This document shows, in pieces, positions 42,701-54,700 of a stretch of DNA of 64,000 nucleotides (within the stretch, counting starts at the first letter, position 1; every line of letters starts with the position of its first letter). The position numbers and the translations under genes were made by a program. Below the pieces are notes generated by a model, which had not been told where the DNA came from, ran no database searches, and saw only the letters and a list, made by a program, of their open reading frames with translations. Origin of the DNA: Gemmatales bacterium (lineage in GTDB: Bacteria > Planctomycetota > Planctomycetia > Gemmatales > HRBIN36); NCBI GenBank assembly GCA_041640595.1, contig JBEPZY010000001.1, positions 320,001 through 384,000 of the forward strand. Direction: 5' to 3'.

Positions 42701-45700
42701 CTCGCAACTTAGACCCCAACCAATAGGGGATTGAAACCCCGATCAAGAGAGAGACCAAAGCAACCCCCGCCCCTCTCGCAACTTAGACCCCAACCAATAG
42801 GGGATTGAAACACGGCGCTATTTCTTGCGGGTCTTGCCCCGCCGCCGCTCTCGCAACTTAGACCCCAACCAATAGGGGATTGAAACGCCCGGGCCGCCGG
42901 GAGACCCGGATGCGGGCCAGGACACTCGCAACTTAGACCCCAACCAATAGGGGATTGAAACCTTACCTGCCTGTGGCGTGACGCTAAGTCTTGCGGCCTC
43001 GCAACTTAGACCCCAACCAATAGGGGATTGAAACCCGAGAACGACGGAAACGAGCGCTATTGTTGACCCGGCCTCGCAACTTAGACCCCAACCAATAGGG
43101 GATTGAAACCCCGGCTATCATACTCACCCTCCTGCGTTGCGTCTTTCTCGCAACTTAGACCCCAACCAATAGGGGATTGAAACTGAGCCGGCGGTACAAT
43201 TCCCGCCGGTCCTCGGTGGTCTCGCAACTTAGACCCCAACCAATAGGGGATTGAAACCCGGCTCCCCACTGGGCACTCCAACTGAAGTGGTGCCCGCCTC
43301 GCAACTTAGACCCCAACCAATAGGGGATTGAAACTGCTCCCAACACCATTTTTCTCCCCTCCATTTGGGCTCGCAACTTAGACCCCAACCAATAGGGGAT
43401 TGAAACTGTCCCGCCCGGGCCGCCGCCCCCGGCTGCTCCGGGCCTCGCAACTTAGACCCCAACCAATAGGGGATTGAAACCCATGTGGCGTGGCGGGTGT
43501 TAAGACTTGCGGCGGGTCTCGCAACTTAGACCCCAACCAATAGGGGATTGAAACGACGAGGCCGCAGTCAGGGCAGCGGCTGGCCTCCTCGGCTCGCAAC
43601 TTAGACCCCAACCAATAGGGGATTGAAACGGCGTCGACCGGGCGACCACCCGATCGGAATTTGTGGCTCGCAACTTAGACCCCAACCAATAGGGGATTGA
43701 AACGCGGTCAGATCGAAAAGAAAGGACAAAATTATAATCTCGCAACTTAGACCCCAACCAATAGGGGATTGAAACCCCCCCCGCGTTTACCGGCCTTCCT
43801 TGGCCGGTTGCCCCTCGCAACTTAGACCCCAACCAATAGGGGATTGAAACGCCAGTATGAATCCGACCAGGACCGAAATGATAGAAACTCGCAACTTAGA
43901 CCCCAACCAATAGGGGATTGAAACGACCAGGACCGAAATGATAGAAATGGAAGCTCCCAACAACTCGCAACTTAGACCCCAACCAATAGGGGATTGAAAC
44001 CCAACAACATTTTTTTCCTCCACATTTGGTTTTGGCCTCGCAACTTAGACCCCAACCAATAGGGGATTGAAACGATAGAAATGGAAGCTCCCAACAACAT
44101 TTTTTCCTCCCTCGCAACTTAGACCCCAACCAATAGGGGATTGAAACGCCGCTACAATGCGGCAAGGGCGTGGCCGTGCCACTCCTCGCAACTTAGACCC
44201 CAACCAATAGGGGATTGAAACGCGGGACAAGCGCAAGTAGCCGTCGTCACGATCTTTCTCGCAACTTAGACCCCAACCAATAGGGGATTGAAACAATGGC
44301 CGCTCCAGCAATAATCATATTCTCCCTCCATCTCGCAACTTAGACCCCAACCAATAGGGGATTGAAACAGCAATAATCATATTCTCCCTCCATTGGGCCA
44401 GTTGACTCGCAACTTAGACCCCAACCAATAGGGGATTGAAACACAGCGCAAGGCTGGATACTCAACGAAGCCGATGCACTCGCAACTTAGACCCCAACCA
44501 ATAGGGGATTGAAACACCCGGTTACGCCGAGTGAGCCGGCGATACAACTCCCCTCGCAACTTAGACCCCAACCAATAGGGGATTGAAACGGCCTGATGGG
44601 GTTTCCAGTCGCCATCCTGCCCGTGCCCTCGCAACTTAGACCCCAACCAATAGGGGATTGAAACAACTACCACGGCGGCCTGCCTCTGACCCCTAACCCA
44701 GCTCGCAACTTAGACCCCAACCAATAGGGGATTGAAACACGCCGAGTGAGCCGGCGATACAACTCCCGGCGGTCCTCGCAACTTAGACCCCAACCAATAG
44801 GGGATTGAAACTAGGCAGGCCTGATGGGGTTTCCAGTCGCCATCCTGCCTCGCAACTTAGACCCCAACCAATAGGGGATTGAAACAATAGACCTTGCGAT
44901 TAAGTCTGCGGAAGTTCTCATGCTCGCAACTTAGACCCCAACCAATAGGGGATTGAAACTTCTCGCCCGGCTCCTGGGCCTCCGGAGCCGGGCACTCGCA
45001 ACTTAGACCCCAACCAATAGGGGATTGAAACAACAGGTGACGGAACCCTAAACTTCTTCACCTTCGACTCGCAACTTAGACCCCAACCAATAGGGGATTG
45101 AAACACCTTCGACACTTTAACCTCAATGTTACCATCCAGGCTCGCAACTTAGACCCCAACCAATAGGGGATTGAAACTTAGCCTTCCGCAGGACTTCGTC
45201 CGGAACACGCAATCTCGCAACTTAGACCCCAACCAATAGGGGATTGAAACCGTCCCCCCACTACCCCGATGTAGTGGGGGCGGACACCTCGCAACTTAGA
45301 CCCCAACCAATAGGGGATTGAAACTCAAACAGGTGACGGAACCCTAAACTTCTTCACCTTCTCGCAACTTAGACCCCAACCAATAGGGGATTGAAACTGG
45401 CCATACATGCAAGGCGGCCACCTATGCCAGCCAACCTCGCAACTTAGACCCCAACCAATAGGGGATTGAAACCCGGAGCGGACCCGGGCTAGGATAAACC
45501 CAATCAGAACTCGCAACTTAGACCCCAACCAATAGGGGATTGAAACCCGCCGCCGCCCCCGGCTCTTGCCCCGGTCCCGCCGCCTCGCAACTTAGACCCC
45601 AACCAATAGGGGATTGAAACTCCCGGCGGCTCACTCGGAGGTTATCCGGGGCCTCCCTCTCGCAACTTAGACCCCAACCAATAGGGGATTGAAACCGCGG

Positions 45701-48700
45701 GGGCACGCTCGGTTCCTCCGAGTGAGCCGCCGGTCTCGCAACTTAGACCCCAACCAATAGGGGATTGAAACCGACCTTCCTTGGTCGGTTGCCCGCTGCG
45801 GCCCTCGTCCTCGCAACTTAGACCCCAACCAATAGGGGATTGAAACGCAGTCTGGGCAGCGGGTGGTCTCTTCCCTCAACGGCCCTCGCAACTTAGACCC
45901 CAACCAATAGGGGATTGAAACACCCGGGCAAGGATAAATCCGGTTAGCACTGAGATCACTCGCAACTTAGACCCCAACCAATAGGGGATTGAAACTCTTA
46001 CCCTCCATTTTTTGGTCCTTGGGGCCCGTTGACTCGCAACTTAGACCCCAACCAATAGGGGATTGAAACTCCACCGACGCGACTTCTGCACCTTTAAGCC
46101 CTCCTCCTCGCAACTTAGACCCCAACCAATAGGGGATTGAAACTGCTGCTCCGCCTGCTGCTGCTGCTGCTGCTCCCTCGCAACTTAGACCCCAACCAAT
46201 AGGGGATTGAAACAACTTCGATGTGACCACCATCCAGAAGAATCCTAGCACTCGCAACTTAGACCCCAACCAATAGGGGATTGAAACCGCAAAGCACATG
46301 AGATGTATTTGAAAAATCCTAAATCTCGCAACTTAGACCCCAACCAATAGGGGATTGAAACACTGCTGACCCTAGCAGCATCTTTCTCCTCCCTCATCTC
46401 GCAACTTAGACCCCAACCAATAGGGGATTGAAACTGTCCCGCCCGGTCCGCCGCCGGGCGAGGCGGGCCAGCTCGCAACTTAGACCCCAACCAATAGGGG
46501 ATTGAAACGCATCTTTCTCCTCCCTCATGGTCCTTGGGGCCCGTTCTCGCAACTTAGACCCCAACCAATAGGGGATTGAAACAGCATCTTTCTCCTCCCT
46601 CATGGTCCTTGGGGCCCGTTCTCGCAACTTAGACCCCAACCAATAGGGGATTGAAACATCACCCAATTACAAATAGCCGCCGGGATTCTTTCCCCTCGCA
46701 ACTTAGACCCCAACCAATAGGGGATTGAAACGACTTGCCCTGCTGAGGCTCGTCGAAGACGAGCCGGCACTCGCAACTTAGACCCCAACCAATAGGGGAT
46801 TGAAACGAGGTACTCGCAGGACGGGTATTGACCTGTATCCGCGCTCGCAACTTAGACCCCAACCAATAGGGGATTGAAACAGCGGGTGGCTTCCTCCGTC
46901 AACGGCCACCCGCAACGCTCGCAACTTAGACCCCAACCAATAGGGGATTGAAACGGAACGCACGAAACGCACGCAAACCATCCTCTAAACCTCGCAACTT
47001 AGACCCCAACCAATAGGGGATTGAAACAACGCCAGGAAACCTGCCCGTGCGGTGGGCCGCCCTCCTCGCAACTTAGACCCCAACCAATAGGGGATTGAAA
47101 CCGCTATTTCTTGCGGGTCTTGCGCCCCCGCCCCCGGCCTCGCAACTTAGACCCCAACCAATAGGGGATTGAAACAGTAAGATCGCTCTCGAAAGTCAAT
47201 CGCGATGTCCGCCTCGCAACTTAGACCCCAACCAATAGGGGATTGAAACGACAGTAACTCCATCGTTCCGGCAAACTACTTGGTACTCGCAACTTAGACC
47301 CCAACCAATAGGGGATTGAAACGATTCTTGCTCCGCCGACCCCGCCGACCCCGCCGGAGCTCGCAACTTAGACCCCAACCAATAGGGGATTGAAACACTC
47401 TTCGATGTCCTGTACGGGCCTGATGGCACCACCTCGCAACTTAGACCCCAACCAATAGGGGATTGAAACCACCCCTTCTCGCCCGGCTCCTGGGCCTACG
47501 GCAGCCCTCGCAACTTAGACCCCAACCAATAGGGGATTGAAACCGCGATGTCCGCCTCTTCTGGGTTTTCGTCATCCCAACTCGCAACTTAGACCCCAAC
47601 CAATAGGGGATTGAAACGGAATTTATCCTTTTCATTTTCCATAACCTCCTCAAACTCGCAACTTAGACCCCAACCAATAGGGGATTGAAACCTATTAAGA
47701 TGAGGTCGTAATATTACGTTTACGTGCCTCGCAACTTAGACCCCAACCAATAGGGGATTGAAACTTTTTTGAGTAAGATCGCTCTCGAAAGTCAATCGCG
47801 CTCGCAACTTAGACCCCAACCAATAGGGGATTGAAACCTTCGTCCCTTTTCGGCCCATCCTTCTCGCCCGGCTCCTCGCAACTTAGACCCCAACCAATAG
47901 GGGATTGAAACTCAGGAGCCGGGCAAAGTCCGACCCCCGCTACCCCGCTCGCAACTTAGACCCCAACCAATAGGGGATTGAAACGTTCCTTCCTAACATT
48001 ATCTTCTGGTTCGTGTTTTTCGCTCGCAACTTAGACCCCAACCAATAGGGGATTGAAACTTTTATAACTGCTACACGGACCACGGCCTTCCCTCCTTCTC
48101 GCAACTTAGACCCCAACCAATAGGGGATTGAAACCCTGTGGCGGGCGGCTACGACTTCTTGCGCTTCTTCTTCTCGCAACTTAGACCCCAACCAATAGGG
48201 GATTGAAACCACTACCATTCCTACACCTCCTTCCTTTGGTTTTGGCTCGCAACTTAGACCCCAACCAATAGGGGATTGAAACCCCGGGAGATTGGTCTTT
48301 GCCGCCGGGCCCGGGCCAGCCTCGCAACTTAGACCCCAACCAATAGGGGAATTGAAACGCCCATAACATTTCTCTTTCCTCCTGGTCTTTGGGGCCCTCG
48401 CAACTTAGACCCCAACCAATAGGGGATTGAAACGACCACGCCCCCGCCCGGGCCACCGGGAGACCCGGGCCTCGCAACTTAGACCCCAACCAATAGGGGA
48501 TTGAAACCATTTCTCTTTCCTCCTGGTCTTTGGGGCCCGAATACTCGCAACTTAGACCCCAACCAATAGGGGATTGAAACTGACAGCTGCCCATAACATT
48601 TCTCTTTCCTCCTGGTCCTCGCAACTTAGACCCCAACCAATAGGGGATTGAAACGGCCCGGGCGGGGGCGTGGTCTTTGGGGCCCGAATAAACTCGCAAC

Positions 48701-51700
48701 TTAGACCCCAACCAATAGGGGATTGAAACAACATTTCTCTTTCCTCCTGGTCTTTGGGGCCCGAATCTCGCAACTTAGACCCCAACCAATAGGGGATTGA
48801 AACGTAGTACTTTGCGTAGTGCATAATATCCCTCCTATAGCCTCGCAACTTAGACCCCAACCAATAGGGGATTGAAACAACGATAACTTCATAAACGCCG
48901 GATTTTTCAACAAACTCGCAACTTAGACCCCAACCAATAGGGGATTGAAACAGAACACAAACGTTTCAAACTTTGATTTAACCCAGTCTCGCAACTTAGA
49001 CCCCAACCAATAGGGGATTGAAACGACAGACAGCTGCTCCTAGCATGTCCATTTCCTCCGCTCGCAACTTAGACCCCAACCAATAGGGGATTGAAACACC
49101 TGGCGGGTGCGAGGCTAAGTCTTGCGCTTTTTTCTCGCAACTTAGACCCCAACCAATAGGGGATTGAAACTCCGTCTTTGGGGCCCGTTGATAAGACCCC
49201 TCCCTACTCGCAACTTAGACCCCAACCAATAGGGGATTGAAACGCTCTTGTCCCGCTCCCGGCGGGTCCGGGCCCGGCGCTCGCAACTTAGACCCCAACC
49301 AATAGGGGATTGAAACATAATTCCCGGCGGTCCTCGACATCGACCTGCCGGACCTCGCAACTTAGACCCCAACCAATAGGGGATTGAAACGCTGTGGGGC
49401 TAAGGCGGAAACCCCACAATCCTGCCTCGCAACTTAGACCCCAACCAATAGGGGATTGAAACGACGCGGGCAAGCAGGAATCCAATTAGGACGGAGGCCT
49501 CGCAACTTAGACCCCAACCAATAGGGGATTGAAACTCCTGTTACTTCTGAAAGAGTTTCCAGTCGACAAAACCTCGCAACTTAGACCCCAACCAATAGGG
49601 GATTGAAACCGCTTGGACCTGTTCTTGCTGAGGTTGATCAGCTTGCTCGCAACTTAGACCCCAACCAATAGGGGATTGAAACACTACCATTTCCCTTTTT
49701 TAGGAGTTGAAGCTGACCAAACTCGCAACTTAGACCCCAACCAATAGGGGATTGAAACTATAATACCCTCTATAAGGCTTGGCATGGGCCTTAATCCTCG
49801 CAACTTAGACCCCAACCAATAGGGGATTGAAACTCGGCGGGCCGCTTTTCTTTGGAGGGAACGCCGGTCCTCGCAACTTAGACCCCAACCAATAGGGGAT
49901 TGAAACAGAAATGGCCGCTCCGGCTATCATATTTCCTCCCTCCCTCGCAACTTAGACCCCAACCAATAGGGGATTGAAACACTATGTCCCTTCCGTGATA
50001 GAGGTACTCGCAGGACGGCTCGCAACTTAGACCCCAACCAATAGGGGATTGAAACGGCTAAGGCGGAAACCCCACAATCCTGCCTCTGGGCCTCGCAACT
50101 TAGACCCCAACCAATAGGGGATTGAAACCCTCGTCCGTCAACGGCCACCCGCAACGGGGGCACTATGCTCGCAACTTAGACCCCAACCAATAGGGGATTG
50201 AAACGGCCAATGCCGGGTAGATTGTATCTAACGCCACGGGCCTCGCAACTTAGACCCCAACCAATAGGGGATTGAAACACAGGTACACTTTATCAAACCC
50301 GTACTCCTTGCCTTTCTCGCAACTTAGACCCCAACCAATAGGGGATTGAAACGACGCCGTCTGCTACGCGGGGGCTACCGGGCTCCGGCCTCGCAACTTA
50401 GACCCCAACCAATAGGGGATTGAAACACTGGACAACCGGCTCGAACTTCAAGCCAAGACTGGCCTCGCAACTTAGACCCCAACCAATAGGGGATTGAAAC
50501 GTCCGTCAACGGCCACCCGCAACGGGGGCATGCCCGGCTCGCAACTTAGACCCCAACCAATAGGGGATTGAAACGACGTGGCCGCCGGACCCGTCGGATA
50601 TGGCCGCCGTCCTCGCAACTTAGACCCCAACCAATAGGGGATTGAAACGCAATCGCCTTGGGCACCACGGGACGTGGCCGCCGGACTCGCAACTTAGACC
50701 CCAACCAATAGGGGATTGAAACTCCATTTTAATGCCCACGCGGCAATCGCCTTGGGCACCTCGCAACTTAGACCCCAACCAATAGGGGATTGAAACACAA
50801 CGGAAACAATTGCTATGACTGATCTGGCTATCTCGCAACTTAGACCCCAACCAATAGGGGATTGAAACGTTATCCAGATCAACAACCTCAACCTCACAAC
50901 TTCCCTCGCAACTTAGACCCCAACCAATAGGGGATTGAAACTAATGTGTAGTCTCTCATCAGGTTGAATGCCACATTTCTCGCAACTTAGACCCCAACCA
51001 ATAGGGGATTGAAACGTGAAGCTGCGGCTTGTCATATTTGACCTCCTTTCTAACTCGCAACTTAGACCCCAACCAATAGGGGATTGAAACACCGAAACGA
51101 TTGCTACTGCTGCTCCTATAACCATAACTCGCAACTTAGACCCCAACCAATAGGGGATTGAAACGCTGCTCCTATAACCATAATTTCCTCCTGCGTCTTT
51201 CTCGCAACTTAGACCCCAACCAATAGGGGATTGAAACCCTGCCATCGGGCCATCCAGGCCATTGCGGCCCATGCCTCGCAACTTAGACCCCAACCAATAG
51301 GGGATTGAAACATATGAAACCGCATGGTAGAGTTGTTCATTTGCAGGCTCGCAACTTAGACCCCAACCAATAGGGGATTGAAACAATTACTTCAGCATAT
51401 CGCTCAATATATCGGACCATGCTCGCAACTTAGACCCCAACCAATAGGGGATTGAAACTCATATCCTCCCTCCATTATGGTTTGGGCCCGTTGACTCGCA
51501 ACTTAGACCCCAACCAATAGGGGATTGAAACAGCATAACATCTCATTAAGTGAACGCTCTTCCTAACCTCGCAACTTAGACCCCAACCAATAGGGGATTG
51601 AAACGCAAGGGCGTGGCCGTGCCACTCAGCCGGGTTCATACTCGCAACTTAGACCCCAACCAATAGGGGATTGAAACGCAGTCTGGGCAGCGGGTGGCTT

Positions 51701-54700
51701 CCTCGGTGAGAGGCCTCGCAACTTAGACCCCAACCAATAGGGGATTGAAACGGTTCATAGGCCGGAACCGGGAACCGGCCTCCCCCGACCTCGCAACTTA
51801 GACCCCAACCAATAGGGGATTGAAACGCCTGATGGGGTTTCCAGTCGCCATCCTGCCCGTGCCCTCGCAACTTAGACCCCAACCAATAGGGGATTGAAAC
51901 GCCCGGCTGAGTGGCACGGACAGGAGGCGCCGCCTTTCTCGCAACTTAGACCCCAACCAATAGGGGATTGAAACGGGTTCATAGGCCGGAACCGGGAACC
52001 GGCCTCCCCCGCTCGCAACTTAGACCCCAACCAATAGGGGATTGAAACCGTTCCTGCTTTCCCTCTATGTCCCTTCCGTGATAGAGGCTCGCAACTTAGA
52101 CCCCAACCAATAGGGGATTGAAACCGTGAACATTTACAGGAGTAAGGTCTTCACCACCTTCTCGCAACTTAGACCCCAACCAATAGGGGATTGAAACACC
52201 AGGGTCGGGTCGGTCCTCTCCCCTGGCCCGTAACCTCGCAACTTAGACCCCAACCAATAGGGGATTGAAACGTCGAAGACGAGCCCGCAGTCTGGGCAGC
52301 GGGTGGCCTCGCAACTTAGACCCCAACCAATAGGGGATTGAAACACGCGGGGGCTACCGGGCTCCGGCAGCCCGGGCCCCCCTCGCAACTTAGACCCCAA
52401 CCAATAGGGGATTGAAACCCCAGCGCGGAGCCGGGACCGTGGCCAACTACCACGGCCTCGCAACTTAGACCCCAACCAATAGGGGATTGAAACTTTCGGA
52501 GCTGTTGCTATTGATGTTTTCAATACTACTCGCAACTTAGACCCCAACCAATAGGGGATTGAAACCGTTGATGACCCCTCCTACCGGGCCGGCCCCATCG
52601 CCCTCGCAACTTAGACCCCAACCAATAGGGGATTGAAACAGCCTCCCGCCAGTACTCCCTATACCCGTGCGGTGAGCCTCGCAACTTAGACCCCAACCAA
52701 TAGGGGATTGAAACCCACGCCCCCCGCCCCCGCCGGGAGAGCAGGGCCAGGCTCGCAACTTAGACCCCAACCAATAGGGGATTGAAACGATAAATCTTGT
52801 TAAACTTAGCGTAACACCTCATCCTCGCAACTTAGACCCCAACCAATAGGGGATTGAAACCCCTGTGGCGGGCGGCTAAGACTTCTTGCGCCCCCGGCTC
52901 GCAACTTAGACCCCAACCAATAGGGGATTGAAACACGGGTATTGAACCTGTATCCGCGCTGCCGCCCCAGCCTCGCAACTTAGACCCCAACCAATAGGGG
53001 ATTGAAACGTCCTTAACAACCGACATAAACGGAATGCCCAAATACTCGCAACTTAGACCCCAACCAATAGGGGATTGAAACACTCTAACTGGATCATCCG
53101 AAAACGTAGCCAAAACCTCGCAACTTAGACCCCAACCAATAGGGGATTGAAACGCTTCCTCGGTGAGAGGCCACCCGCAGCGGGGGCACACCCTCGCAAC
53201 TTAGACCCCAACCAATAGGGGATTGAAACTAGCGAACGTGCAACTCTAACTGGATCATCCGAAAACCTCGCAACTTAGACCCCAACCAATAGGGGATTGA
53301 AACATCCGCGCTGCCGCCCCAGCGCGGAGCCGGGACCGTGCTCGCAACTTAGACCCCAACCAATAGGGGATTGAAACAGTTATCTCCCTGGGGTTTTGGT
53401 GAACTCCCGGCAGCCTCGCAACTTAGACCCCAACCAATAGGGGATTGAAACGTCCTTACCAGTCGGTGGCAATGGCTCGGGATTCACCTCGCAACTTAGA
53501 CCCCAACCAATAGGGGATTGAAACCCTGGGTTAAAAATGGGCACACAAAAAGGAGGCGCCCTCGCAACTTAGACCCCAACCAATAGGGGATTGAAACGGT
53601 CGTTATTAAGGTGAATACCACAAACGGTTCCAATACTCGCAACTTAGACCCCAACCAATAGGGGATTGAAACAGTAGTGAATTAACGGATGATCCGACAA
53701 ATCATCAACCTCGCAACTTAGACCCCAACCAATAGGGGATTGAAACCTCTCTTCTTTTGTTTTCTTGGTAGTTTTTGTCGAACTCGCAACTTAGACCCCA
53801 ACCAATAGGGGATTGAAACGCTGTTAGGCCGCCGTGGTTGGAGAAAGCATGAGCTCCTCGCAACTTAGACCCCAACCAATAGGGGATTGAAACACCCGCG
53901 GGGGCCGGCCTTCCCTGTGGCGGGTACGAGACTCGCAACTTAGACCCCAACCAATAGGGGATTGAAACGACGTGACGGCTAAGACTTCTTGCGCCCCCGC
54001 CGGGCTCGCAACTTAGACCCCAACCAATAGGGGATTGAAACAATAGCTATGACTGATCCTCCCAACATACCTCCCTCCTCGCAACTTAGACCCCAACCAA
54101 TAGGGGATTGAAACCGGGAGAGACTGGCGGCTGGTCTAGAACTGGCCCCGCTCTCGCAACTTAGACCCCAACCAATAGGGGATTGAAACCTGTGGCGGGT
54201 ACGGCTAAGACTTCTTGCGCCCCCGCCTCGCAACTTAGACCCCAACCAATAGGGGATTGAAACACTTTGTGAATGTGAGCTACCTCCATCCACGAATATC
54301 CTCGCAACTTAGACCCCAACCAATAGGGGATTGAAACACCGACCCGCGGGGGCCGGTCTTCCTGGCGGGTGCTCGCAACTTAGACCCCAACCAATAGGGG
54401 ATTGAAACTGTCTACATCCTCACTGCTTTCGTGAGGGTCCCAAACTCGCAACTTAGACCCCAACCAATAGGGGATTGAAACGCCACTTGAGGACCCAACA
54501 GCGAATTGGTGACGGGCTCGCAACTTAGACCCCAACCAATAGGGGATTGAAACCGGACCATGGCTATCCTCCTGTTTGGCCCGCCCTTCCTCGCAACTTA
54601 GACCCCAACCAATAGGGGATTGAAACTTCTCGCCCGGCTCCTGGGCCTCCGGCAGCCGGGCACTCGCAACTTAGACCCCAACCAATAGGGGATTGAAACA

